A stretch of DNA of 64,000 bases from a virus, in the IMG/VR virus record IMGVR_UViG_3300028045_000007, positions 90,409 to 154,408 of that record; one strand, 5' to 3'. A program made the translations under genes and the position numbers. Position 1 is the stretch's first letter, and each line of letters opens with the position of its first letter. Below, one piece after another: positions 39,612-48,804 of the stretch. The notes beneath the pieces were generated by a model. It made no database searches and was not told the DNA's origin. It saw nothing but the letters and a program-made list of their open reading frames with translations.

Positions 39612-39947
39612 ATGGCACTACAAGAAAAACAATTAGGACAGTCAAGACCTGGAAGCACGACTGCCGTATCGCTATACTCTCCGGGGGCTGGTGTCACGGC
39701 GATTATCAAAGCCGTCTTCGTATCAAATACCACATCGGCAACAGCTACATTTCGTATTTTCGTGGATGATGATGGCACAACGTACGACGAGACGACAGCA
39801 TTGTTTTGGGATGTCACTATTCCTGGCAATACAACCGTAGAACTTGATTCTTTTCTAGCCATGAATGATTCAGCAGGTAACATTGCGGTGCGAACCGATA
39901 CCGCTTCCGCCTTGACGTTTACTGCTTTTGGTGCGGAGGTAAGCTAA
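39612..39947 (+). CDS. Putative virion structural protein
   Basis: Small Thr/Ala-rich beta protein within the structural cluster. Confidence 0.6.
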   Translation: MALQEKQLGQSRPGSTTAVSLYSPGAGVTAIIKAVFVSNTTSATATFRIFVDDDGTTYDETTALFWDVTIPGNTTVELDSFLAMNDSAGNIAVRTDTASALTFTAFGAEVS

Positions 39948-41470
39948 TGTCTATCAATCAATATCCCGATGGTGTACGAACTACAGAAGCGAATGATGTA
40001 CCCAGTGAATATAGTAAAATGATGGGGTCGTCTGAGGTCTTCCATACCGTCAAGGGAACCCTCAATAAATATCGGGTACGACCACGTATCCAGAATGAAC
40101 ATGCTGCATCATCACGAGAGGCGATGGACGTTGTTGATGCTTCTACTGTGGTTGGACAGATGTTTCGAGCGAGCAATAGTACCATTAATGGCATCTCATT
40201 AACGCTAGAGAGTGCCGCAGTGTTTGCCAGCATGGATGCTATTACCGCTGGTGGTGGAGAACATAAAGCTGGCACCATGGAGTACTCAAGCGATGCCGCA
40301 CTACAAGCCGAATACATTAAGAGTGGTGCTGTCGAAGCGGTTCGGAGTGCGTTCACTGATGATGGGGGTACAACGCAAGACGGTAGTTATGCATGTAAAA
40401 TGCCGTGCGACGCCGAAGAAAGCTGGACCGTTACTCTCACTTCGACAGATCTTACTGGAGTGACTTTTTCTCTCAAGTACGCCAACACTAAAGAGTGGAA
40501 CAAATGTAAGGTATACTTTTTTATTGGTGATGGCACTAATACTAAAAGCTATCCGTTGACCGTTCTTGATAAGAACGACTGGCAGACCTTCACGTTTGAA
40601 GAAACCGCGATGAATGTGACGGCTGATGACTTGACAGTGACGACACCAACGATGACGGCCATTACACGAATGGGGTTTCGTGTTACCGATACTGATGCTG
40701 ACGAATTTATATACGCAGATTCAATTACGTATCAGGCTGAGCCCGGCAGTGTCGCAATGGAGCTATGGGACATGGGTACGTCTCTTCCGGCGAGCAACGG
40801 CACGGTCAACTATACCACGGCAGGGACACAGTATACCGAACTGGGAGACAGAGGTATTAACGGTGCTGTTGTGGCCAGCCTTTCTCTAACGCTTGAGGGT
40901 GGCAAACGCAAGTATCTCGTAAACAGGTTTATTGCTGGCACCGCACTGGAGAACCCCGATAATACGATATTAAATGTTGATAATTATTACGCGATCGTCT
41001 TGAAATATGTTGATACAGACGTGACCGTGTATGGTCCCAACACACTTTATAGCGTCAACTACTACACTAGCGGCTATGGATGGAAAGCTGAAATTGCAGA
41101 CAATCTAATTGATGTCATCCCTGGTGCCGCTGGAGCTGGGGCCTACTCTGACATTATGTTTCAGATTTTCTCTACTCAAGATGTCTACATCACCAAAATG
41201 GAGCTGTGGCCAGATGCAGCACCGGGCAATAACGCTGAAGTGTCTGTGTTTTCTGAGGATTCCAACATGATGATTACGGATATTGCATTGTACGCCCAGC
41301 GTGGTGGAACATCCGTAACGTCTCTGGTAAAGGATCTCAGTCTTAAGCCAATTTTTCTAGAGTGTGGCGGCAAATTTGAGGCGTATCATAATGATGACCC
41401 GCAAGATGATATAGAACATGCCTTATTTGTATTTGAGTATTTGTTTATCCCCCCAACGGTACATGGGTAG
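39947..41470 (+). CDS. Putative virion protein with a carbohydrate-binding-like beta domain
   Basis: Thr-rich; DLTGVTFSL...WQTFTF...ITRMGFRV...YADSI jelly-roll-like segment. Confidence 0.55.
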   Translation: MSINQYPDGVRTTEANDVPSEYSKMMGSSEVFHTVKGTLNKYRVRPRIQNEHAASSREAMDVVDASTVVGQMFRASNSTINGISLTLESAAVFASMDAITAGGGEHKAGTMEYSSDAALQAEYIKSGAVEAVRSAFTDDGGTTQDGSYACKMPCDAEESWTVTLTSTDLTGVTFSLKYANTKEWNKCKVYFFIGDGTNTKSYPLTVLDKNDWQTFTFEETAMNVTADDLTVTTPTMTAITRMGFRVTDTDADEFIYADSITYQAEPGSVAMELWDMGTSLPASNGTVNYTTAGTQYTELGDRGINGAVVASLSLTLEGGKRKYLVNRFIAGTALENPDNTILNVDNYYAIVLKYVDTDVTVYGPNTLYSVNYYTSGYGWKAEIADNLIDVIPGAAGAGAYSDIMFQIFSTQDVYITKMELWPDAAPGNNAEVSVFSEDSNMMITDIALYAQRGGTSVTSLVKDLSLKPIFLECGGKFEAYHNDDPQDDIEHALFVFEYLFIPPTVHG

Positions 41471-41490
41471 CGATTAGTGTATTTGTAATT

Positions 41491-42171
41491 ATGACCCTAC
41501 ATGATATCTGGCTAGGTGACGTAATGCCCGAAAGCGGCGTTGCGGTGGCAATTGGGCGTAATAGTTACGACCCTCCCGCCCCCACTGTGCCCGTATTTGA
41601 CATTCATGCACGCTCATTAGTCATGCATGATTCGGGTGCCCCCGCACATTCTGGCATTTTACAGTACAATTCAGCCGATAATAGACTAGAGCTTATTCCT
41701 GGCGGTAGCGGCACACAACCCATCGTAACCGCCGTGTATTGGGACGGCTACACCGTTGGTACGACTACCGTATCGACCAGTGCTACGACCATCGCTATTA
41801 ACACTACACGTAGTCAAAATCCTACTGGCATTCTAACTGCGGATACAGAAGTGGGAGCGTATCGATTTACGATGGCGGGTACGTATTCCATTGAATATAG
41901 GGTATCGCTCAATGTTGGTACAACGACACGTACCAGTGCCCAGCACTACATTGATATTATGGCTCCAGGCGGTTCGTATAGTCCCGCTAACGGAAGTACA
42001 TCGTATTCATATCACCGTACAACTGCAAACGGAGAAGATACGGGGTCAAGTAAAGCAATTATTACTGTGGCAGTAGACACTCTCGTCCGTGTTCGGTCTC
42101 TTGTACTTAGCGGTGCGAACCTGTCCAGTGTTACGTACTCGTGTGGATTAACCATTAGGAAATTGGCATGA
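41491..42171 (+). CDS. Putative fibre/adhesin: conserved N-terminal module + C1q/TNF-like C-terminus
   Basis: N-terminus near-identical to the next gene; AGTYSIEYRV. Confidence 0.6.
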   Translation: MTLHDIWLGDVMPESGVAVAIGRNSYDPPAPTVPVFDIHARSLVMHDSGAPAHSGILQYNSADNRLELIPGGSGTQPIVTAVYWDGYTVGTTTVSTSATTIAINTTRSQNPTGILTADTEVGAYRFTMAGTYSIEYRVSLNVGTTTRTSAQHYIDIMAPGGSYSPANGSTSYSYHRTTANGEDTGSSKAIITVAVDTLVRVRSLVLSGANLSSVTYSCGLTIRKLA

Positions 42172-42896
42172 GTTTGCACGACATTTGGCTGGGCGACGTA
42201 ATGCCCGAGAGCGGAGTGGCCGTAGCTATTGGTCGTAATAGCTATGACCCACCGGCTCCCGTAGTGCCAGTACATGATGTCCATGCCCGTTCGCTCGTGA
42301 TGTATGATTCTGGTTCGCCAGAACACTCCGGGATCATATCCTTTTACAGTGATCTAATAGACAAGTGGTGGCCCACTAATTTACGAGTTATTCCTGGCGG
42401 TAGTGGAATGCAGCCAATTGTTCCTGGTGCTGTTGTTTCGGCATATAGCTCATCTAACGCAGACTGGGCAGTCGGTACTTATAACCCGATGCCATCTTTG
42501 ACCGAAGAAACCAACGTTGTTGCGGACGCTTACACGGTGATTGGGGGCAGTGGAATGATTATTGTCAATCATGGTGGCGTGTATGATGTTGCTTGGCGTT
42601 TCACTATGCGAAACACGGATCCTACCTCCGTTGCTCGTCGTAGTATTTATTCGTGGTTACAAACAATATCCCCAATCGATAGCCAAACTGGGTTTGTTGA
42701 AGTGACCGGATCACGCACATGGATGTACTTAAGAAGTACGGGGTTTTATGATACTTGTGAGTCTAGATGTATTGTTGAATGTTTGGCTGGTGATGTCCTA
42801 CAGGCGGTAATTGGGGGTGCTGGCGATAGGCCGGTAACGAATCCACCGACCATCATTGCTGATGGCACCAGTATCACTGTAGAAAAATTGGAGTAA
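42168..42896 (+). CDS. Putative fibre/adhesin, paralog of 41491..42171
   Basis: Shared N-terminal 56 aa; GGVYDVAWRF...AGDVL...ITVEKL. Confidence 0.6.
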   Translation: MSLHDIWLGDVMPESGVAVAIGRNSYDPPAPVVPVHDVHARSLVMYDSGSPEHSGIISFYSDLIDKWWPTNLRVIPGGSGMQPIVPGAVVSAYSSSNADWAVGTYNPMPSLTEETNVVADAYTVIGGSGMIIVNHGGVYDVAWRFTMRNTDPTSVARRSIYSWLQTISPIDSQTGFVEVTGSRTWMYLRSTGFYDTCESRCIVECLAGDVLQAVIGGAGDRPVTNPPTIIADGTSITVEKLE

Positions 42897-42900
42897 TATT

Positions 42901-43686
42901 ATGGGTTTTCCTATTAATGGCGATCTTGTTCCGAGCACTAGTGGCTTTTCTAATCTCGGTGTTGATGTAAGTTCGAATGGCCGGAATGCCTTTGATATTA
43001 CGTCAATCCGTCCCTTTAATCATGTTCACCAAGTTAGTGGTGTTTTCCACGATACGACCCTGGGTCAGTCTGGTGTCCTGCGATATAGCAGGGCAGCGGC
43101 GGCGTTCCAGGTTTCTGTTGACGGTGGTAAAACTTTCCAAGATCTTGCAGCCGGTGCTGGCGTAGATAGCGTCGGCGTCATGGGGGGTGCGGACCTCACT
43201 GGCAACGTTGATATTGCATCACATGGCAGTGGATTCATATCCGTCACTGATACTGCCGGTGCATCTCCGATCGTCATTGGGGTTGATCAACTTGGACTGT
43301 CGGGCATGTGGGACTTCCCGACTCAGGGCTTCAACGGCAGTGTCGTTAACGAACTGACAGACTTCAACGGCACGACAGCACAGGGGGCAATTAGCGTCGT
43401 TGGTGCCTCCGGTATCATCGTTGATATCGTTGGTCAAACCATGACAATTGCTTCCAACACAGATGTTGGTAGCGTGGCACGTTGCTACTCAGAAACGTTT
43501 GGTGCGGCCACTAGTTGGGTTGTTACCCACAGCCTCAACACAACCAACGTGAGTGTTTCGATCTACAACTCTGACTCTCCTGCGTTGGCAATCATGCCTG
43601 ATGAAGTTGAGATTACAGATGCAGACAACGTAACGATTGGTTTTAATGTTGCACAGGCCGGTGACGTAATCATTATGGGACACTAA
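42901..43686 (+). CDS. Putative fibre/decoration protein
   Basis: N-module shared with 43691; C-domain shared with 38925 (CYSETF...THSLN). Confidence 0.6.
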   Translation: MGFPINGDLVPSTSGFSNLGVDVSSNGRNAFDITSIRPFNHVHQVSGVFHDTTLGQSGVLRYSRAAAAFQVSVDGGKTFQDLAAGAGVDSVGVMGGADLTGNVDIASHGSGFISVTDTAGASPIVIGVDQLGLSGMWDFPTQGFNGSVVNELTDFNGTTAQGAISVVGASGIIVDIVGQTMTIASNTDVGSVARCYSETFGAATSWVVTHSLNTTNVSVSIYNSDSPALAIMPDEVEITDADNVTIGFNVAQAGDVIIMGH

Positions 43687-43690
43687 GACT

Positions 43691-45163
43691 ATGGCAAGGC
43701 AGACGGGAGACTTATGGCCGCACGCTAGTGGTACGGCAAGCTTGGGCGTTGATCAAATCAATGGCCCCCAAGGGGGGTTTGCGAATGAGATACGCCCGTT
43801 CAATCACATTCATCAAAACAGTGGTGTATGGCATCATGGAGGCATGTCTGGCCTGTTGCGTTTTCACGCATCATCTACTCCTGGGTTTGAGATGTCGTTT
43901 GATGGTGGTGGTAGTTTCCCGCTGCTTTTTCACAGGTTAGCCTCGGACGCTTCAAGAATACAGGTGACGGCTGGCAATAGTCTCTATATAGATGGTGACG
44001 AGCTGATTCTTACGGGTGATGCTGGGGCTATTTTCTTGACTGGAACGTGCCAGTTTGTAGCAACCAATGGTTTGATTCAAACTATCGGAGATCTATATAC
44101 TATGACATGTGATAGTGCTGCTTTCACCGCAGAAGGCGGCAGCTATCACGTGAGGTCACTTGATCACATGGTGAAGCTGGATTCGTTCGATGGAAGTGGT
44201 ATACTGCAATACGGCTTCGGTCCCTACGAAGGTTGGCAAGTCGCCGTAGGTGCTGGCAACACAGATCTTGTGCCTATTCCGCACTCTGGTCATATTGTAC
44301 AGATGATTGCGGAAGGTGGCGGTGGTGGCGTCAGTGATTTACAGGGTGCCTATGATGGTGGATCAACCATTACTACCGCTGGCGGCAACCCCGTTGCTAT
44401 TACTGGCGATGGGGGCTATGGCCTTTCGTTACAACAAACAGAGAATGAATATCCGCACGTAGATCTTACTGGTCTCGTGCAAGGCTTAAGTAGCACCCCA
44501 GCAGGCGGTGATTTTTGGCTTCAGGCTCACACTGCTGGTGTACAAGGACAATTGTGCCCGGCTACCAGCTATCCGACTACTGCCGCTGAGGCGGCAGCTA
44601 TGTCTCTTGGACCAGAAACGCTTTTCTATCATGCTGGGTCTGGTATTGTAGCCATTCGTCCTGCTTCTGGCGTTGCTCAGTACTTTAATGCTCTCCCCTC
44701 AGATGCAATTGACGAAACCGGCGTGACTGTACCAGTTGGTTTTGCGACAACGGGCGATAGGTATTCCATTACCAAAACCGCTGCCGCAAGTGACGGCATT
44801 ACAATTCAGGTTGCTGGCATGTATCGCGTACAATATACTGCCGTTTTAGAGAAGACCGCCGGTAACTTAGCTCAGCAAGTTGACACGCAGTTACAGGTTG
44901 ACAACGCTGCCGGAACTTCGTATGAACTATATGGCAGCAATAGCTCTGCTCTTGTACGCAATAGTACTACTCTTAATAAAAATACAGCCAATGGCATGTG
45001 GACTGGAGATTTTCAAAAGGGTGATCGCGTTCGATTGTATGCGACACATAACGGCGTTCCGCCAGCCGGTAATACGGTAATAGCGTCACAACGTTCTAGT
45101 ACAATTATCGTAGAGTGGCTCGCACCGATCGGTGCAGGTAGTCTCACCAGGATTGCACTATAA
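43691..45163 (+). CDS. Putative tail-fibre/adhesin protein
   Basis: Shared N-module, LQGAYDGG fibre-like motif, C1q-like AGMYRVQY...KGDRV. Confidence 0.6.
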   Translation: MARQTGDLWPHASGTASLGVDQINGPQGGFANEIRPFNHIHQNSGVWHHGGMSGLLRFHASSTPGFEMSFDGGGSFPLLFHRLASDASRIQVTAGNSLYIDGDELILTGDAGAIFLTGTCQFVATNGLIQTIGDLYTMTCDSAAFTAEGGSYHVRSLDHMVKLDSFDGSGILQYGFGPYEGWQVAVGAGNTDLVPIPHSGHIVQMIAEGGGGGVSDLQGAYDGGSTITTAGGNPVAITGDGGYGLSLQQTENEYPHVDLTGLVQGLSSTPAGGDFWLQAHTAGVQGQLCPATSYPTTAAEAAAMSLGPETLFYHAGSGIVAIRPASGVAQYFNALPSDAIDETGVTVPVGFATTGDRYSITKTAAASDGITIQVAGMYRVQYTAVLEKTAGNLAQQVDTQLQVDNAAGTSYELYGSNSSALVRNSTTLNKNTANGMWTGDFQKGDRVRLYATHNGVPPAGNTVIASQRSSTIIVEWLAPIGAGSLTRIAL

Positions 45164-45173
45164 GGAGAATAAT

Positions 45174-45503
45174 ATGTTTATGATATTGACAGAAGCTATG
45201 GTAGACCCAGTAACTACTTCCTTGATGGGAGATTTATTAGAGCAATACGGCTTGACGGGGGTAGCCTTTGGTGCATTATTAACTATTATGCTTCGCCAAA
45301 ACAAGAATGCTCAAAAACGCATTACCGATTTAGAGGGAGCCAGCCAAGAGCAACACGAAAAAGAACTAGACGCTCGCAAGAGTATGCTAGACGAGTATGT
45401 CGAGCTTGTGAAGAACAACCTCAAGGTGGTCGCAGACCTGACTGGCGTACTAGATCGCATTAAGGATACGTTGGAACGCATTGAACGAAAATCGGACGGC
45501 TAA
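45174..45503 (+). CDS. Single-TM membrane protein, holin-like
   Basis: AAGGAG RBS; QYGLTGVAFGALLTIML TM then coiled coil; ends the structural operon. Confidence 0.55.
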   Translation: MFMILTEAMVDPVTTSLMGDLLEQYGLTGVAFGALLTIMLRQNKNAQKRITDLEGASQEQHEKELDARKSMLDEYVELVKNNLKVVADLTGVLDRIKDTLERIERKSDG

Positions 45504-45529
45504 GAGCCGCCCGTCTTACGCAATACATC

Positions 45530-45557
45530 AGCGGCAGCTTCGGCTGCCGCTATTTTT
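45530..45557 (+). terminator. Rho-independent terminator at the strand-convergence point
   Basis: AGCGGCAGC-TTCG-GCTGCCGCT followed by ATTTTT. Confidence 0.85.
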
Positions 45558-45804
45558 ATATGATCTCTGGCTTTGAGCCACCCCGCTGAGCCTTACCTTC
45601 TTTACGGGCTTGATCAGCAGCGATAGATGCCGCTGGTGTCATGACGCACGCACCGAAAGGCTTCTTCTCTGGCCTCTCAAAGAAAGCTAGGATCTCTTCC
45701 TTTAACGCTGTAATGACATCGTTGGGTACTTCAAATTGATTTAGGCGTTCACGGAGGATGCGGTCCACCGTTGTGTTTAGACTGTTACTACGTTCACTGG
45801 GCAT
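45556..45804 (-). CDS. Hypothetical protein
   Basis: Last ORF of the minus-strand operon; GGAG RBS. Confidence 0.6.
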   Translation of the reverse strand: MPSERSNSLNTTVDRILRERLNQFEVPNDVITALKEEILAFFERPEKKPFGACVMTPAASIAADQARKEGKAQRGGSKPEII

Positions 45805-46312
45805 TGTCTTTATCTCCGAACCAAGAGTTGCGTAAATTGGTAACTATACGTTTGCCGCGTTGCTTATGTTGACGTACACGATGTTCTTCTTCTTTTCGTG
45901 TCATGTCTTTTATGGTTTGTGAATCGATCTGCGTAAGCATTGATGCGTGGCCAGCCAATATACTCTGTCGTACATGAGAGGCGGGCTTTCTACGGAAGAA
46001 AACCAATGACCGGATTGACGGAATGGTGTAGCGATGCAGGACGTTGAGCCACTTTTGATTCATGTTATCTAGCGGCTCGATTGTGCCATTGACCTCATCA
46101 ATGATTCTGTTATCACCATACACCATGACATCATCGCCGATATCAATTTCGTGTAGCTCACGCAGTGCAAGAAACAAGACCTTGTACATGTGCTGAAGCG
46201 ACTGAAAGATCGGGTCTCCGTGCTCAGTTAATGCTGGGGAGCAGCTTCGAGATACCTCGATGCCCTCCCCAGATACATAATACCCAGTCTCGTTAAAGAA
46301 GACGCCAATCAC
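45794..46312 (-). CDS. Degenerate RNase HI-like fold protein
   Basis: YKVLFLALREL...VMVYGDNRIIDEVNG resembles the RNase HI EYxAL...GDSxLV segment, but acidic catalytic residues are missing. Confidence 0.5.
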   Translation of the reverse strand: MIGVFFNETGYYVSGEGIEVSRSCSPALTEHGDPIFQSLQHMYKVLFLALRELHEIDIGDDVMVYGDNRIIDEVNGTIEPLDNMNQKWLNVLHRYTIPSIRSLVFFRRKPASHVRQSILAGHASMLTQIDSQTIKDMTRKEEEHRVRQHKQRGKRIVTNLRNSWFGDKDNAQ

Positions 46313-46839
46313 TTTACTTCATCTGACAGTAGTTTATGCTCTACTACTTCGTCCGAAGTAACGGTACCAGCGGCACGAAGAGCGTTGGCAATAACGGTAA
46401 GTAGTTCCTTGGTTCGCGGAGACAGTTCAAGGATGCCCGTTTCCGGGTTGATCCAATCCAGGGCACCGCGTGCCTTCAGTTCTTGCTCCATAACAACTAG
46501 CAAGAATGTTACTTCGTCATTGGTCATGCCTGCATCTGCTAACGCCTGCGAGACAGCAGACTCTACACCCGGCATGAAGTTTTGATCTCGCAGTGTTTCC
46601 AGTGCGACCGCTGCAAGCTCTAGATCTTCAGCGGTGACGAGACCCTCTTCTAGTAGGCGGTTGGCACCGATCTTGACGCCAAGTTGTAGATACATTTTCC
46701 ACTTGCTGTATTCGAGGTCGGTCATTTCCTCCAGCATTTCGATACCCTGACCTTCTCCAGTGCTAACGCATCCACTGATGGCTCCAATACCCAGTACAAG
46801 TGCTAGTGTGATGGGAGCGATAAGTTTTTTCTTGTCCAT
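46309..46839 (-). CDS. Putative lipoprotein
   Basis: MDKKK + hydrophobic core + ISGC lipobox; GGAG RBS. Confidence 0.7.
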   Translation of the reverse strand: MDKKKLIAPITLALVLGIGAISGCVSTGEGQGIEMLEEMTDLEYSKWKMYLQLGVKIGANRLLEEGLVTAEDLELAAVALETLRDQNFMPGVESAVSQALADAGMTNDEVTFLLVVMEQELKARGALDWINPETGILELSPRTKELLTVIANALRAAGTVTSDEVVEHKLLSDEVK

Positions 46840-46854
46840 ATTGTTGTCTCCAAG

Positions 46855-47403
46855 TTATTTTGAGATGTCACGGATGTTAACATCTGCTGGTGCTTTTCCA
46901 TTTAAGTATCCGTCACGTTCTTGCTTGGTCATCTCGGGTGCTCGTTGATGACAGTCCTTGCAGATGCGATAGATATAACGCTTGCCATTTTTCATGGTCG
47001 CTTGAATTGGTCCTTTATTCATATGAGAACAGCCGTTCACTGAGGTTTCAACCCGGTCGGTCTCTTCGATGACTCCAGCTTCACGTAGCTCTTTCTTTTT
47101 GTGAGCAACAAAATCAGCGTCATCATCGAGGTCACCCAAAGTCTGAGGGACATCTTCTGGTGAGGATGAGATCTTACTAGTAATGAAGCTTAGGTCTTGT
47201 TCTTCGGTAAAATGCCAGTCTTGTGGCAATGTCTTGCTGCCATTCAACTGAGCCAGTAGCTTTTCCGCTGCCGCCGCACTAATCTCGTACTTCATGGGGG
47301 CCTTACGGCCCTTCTTGGCGACGGTTATGGTAAAGAGTTGTTCCTCTTCGGGATCAAACTCCTGCTTAGTGAGGTCGCATTCGTAAATGGTTCGTTTACC
47401 CAT
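46855..47403 (-). CDS. Hypothetical protein with C-terminal CxH...CxxC
   Basis: Start MGKRTIYECD overlaps the phoH end. Confidence 0.65.
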   Translation of the reverse strand: MGKRTIYECDLTKQEFDPEEEQLFTITVAKKGRKAPMKYEISAAAAEKLLAQLNGSKTLPQDWHFTEEQDLSFITSKISSSPEDVPQTLGDLDDDADFVAHKKKELREAGVIEETDRVETSVNGCSHMNKGPIQATMKNGKRYIYRICKDCHQRAPEMTKQERDGYLNGKAPADVNIRDISK

Positions 47404-48073
47404 AGTGTTGCTCGAAGTCTCTATATGCTTTAATGATGTCGCGTACGATCGCACTACGCTGAATAGTTTCAACGTTATCCATCTCTACGATACCAACGGT
47501 TGGCAGAGGATTAAGGACATTAATAGCCTGGGTGAGAGCACTGTCTCGCGGATCTATGTCGCACTGATCCAGATCTCCAGCGATAACCATTTTGCAATGT
47601 TTTCCTACACGTGTGAGGACCATCTTCATGGCGTCGCCGTTGAGGGGGACGTTTTGTGCCTCTTCCACAATTACAAAACAATTGTTGAAAGAGCGACCAC
47701 GGCACATACTGAGTACTGTAAACTCAAACTTCTGTGCAATGAGTTGCTGGATTTCTTGCTCACTCAGGCCGAACTGACGTAGGTTATCCCTTACTGATTG
47801 TACATAAGGTGTAACCTTTTCATCTAGCGTGCCGGGGAGTGCTCCAATTTTCTCTCCTGTATTCGATGGAATGTACGGGCGGATCACTACGATACGCTGT
47901 ATACCACCTCGTTTTGATGATCTGCGAACCATCTCAATCGCTTCAGCTAGAGCGAGATATGTTTTACCCGTACCCGCTAGGCCAGTACAGATTGTAACCA
48001 CGTTACCCCTGATGGATTTTACGTAATCCTCTTGTCCCTCTTGGGGCGTTGGTGCAACAAAATTATTCAACAC
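47396..48073 (-). CDS. phoH: PhoH-family ATPase
   Basis: GLAGTGKT, GALPGTLDEK, RGRSF, EEAQN, LTRVG, GDLDQCD. Confidence 0.95.
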   Translation of the reverse strand: MLNNFVAPTPQEGQEDYVKSIRGNVVTICTGLAGTGKTYLALAEAIEMVRRSSKRGGIQRIVVIRPYIPSNTGEKIGALPGTLDEKVTPYVQSVRDNLRQFGLSEQEIQQLIAQKFEFTVLSMCRGRSFNNCFVIVEEAQNVPLNGDAMKMVLTRVGKHCKMVIAGDLDQCDIDPRDSALTQAINVLNPLPTVGIVEMDNVETIQRSAIVRDIIKAYRDFEQHYG

Positions 48074-48076
48074 AAA

Positions 48077-48739
48077 TTACCTCCCAATGGTTCGTGCCTT
48101 ACGGGCACGTTTGTTTTTAGCACGCCTTCGTGCGATGGTTTTGGTACGCTGGGGGGTTATTTTCATGCCAAATGAATTGCGATGAGGCTGTTTGGCAATT
48201 TCTTTTTCTAGGTGATGCGAGATGAGAATACCGTCTAGGTGATCGAGTTCGTGCGAGACAGCCTGTGCCCAGAACCCCGTGAATGTTTCGGTATGGTATT
48301 CGCCATCTAGATCAACGAATTTAATCGTAATGCTCTTTGGTCTTGTGCATCGAGCGTGCATGTGCGGTAGTGACAAACAGGCTTCGGGTACGCTCTTTGT
48401 GGCATGACTCTTATGCGTCACTACCGGGTTGATGTATGCATTATTCGTTGCGTCACCCTCATCGTTGACGCCGTTACGCAATAGGAATATACGATGTGGA
48501 TGTCCGACCTGTACGGCAGCCAGCCCGACAGCATCCGGATCTAATGCGTCGAGTAAGGCATCCATAAGCACAATGGCTTCCTCATCAGTCTGCTCGATGG
48601 GTGTAGAGCACGACTGCGATACCATTTCGAGTAGTGGAAATCTTTCGGTGTCTGCTGGAGTAATGATGGGATTCTGACGTGCCACGGTAGCTTCTTGCTC
48701 TTCGGGTGTCGGCACGTCCTTTTCAGTAAGGTCACTCAT
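48077..48739 (-). CDS. def: Peptide deformylase
   Basis: VGLAAVQ, YINP, EACLS (EGCLS variant), HELDHLDG. Confidence 0.92.
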   Translation of the reverse strand: MSDLTEKDVPTPEEQEATVARQNPIITPADTERFPLLEMVSQSCSTPIEQTDEEAIVLMDALLDALDPDAVGLAAVQVGHPHRIFLLRNGVNDEGDATNNAYINPVVTHKSHATKSVPEACLSLPHMHARCTRPKSITIKFVDLDGEYHTETFTGFWAQAVSHELDHLDGILISHHLEKEIAKQPHRNSFGMKITPQRTKTIARRRAKNKRARKARTIGR

Positions 48740-48804
48740 AGTAGATTTTGAAAATTGAAGGAGTAGTGATGGATGAACTTTTCCTACTCATCGCTTTGGC
48801 TGTG

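Noticed and set aside
41491-42896. Diversity-generating retroelement or invertible shufflon
   Set aside because: No reverse transcriptase or invertase in the window; differences are synonymous rather than adenine-specific, and all copies are co-oriented
46855-47403. Lsr2-like nucleoid protein
   Set aside because: The N-terminus only loosely resembles the Lsr2 dimerisation domain and the RGR AT-hook domain is absent
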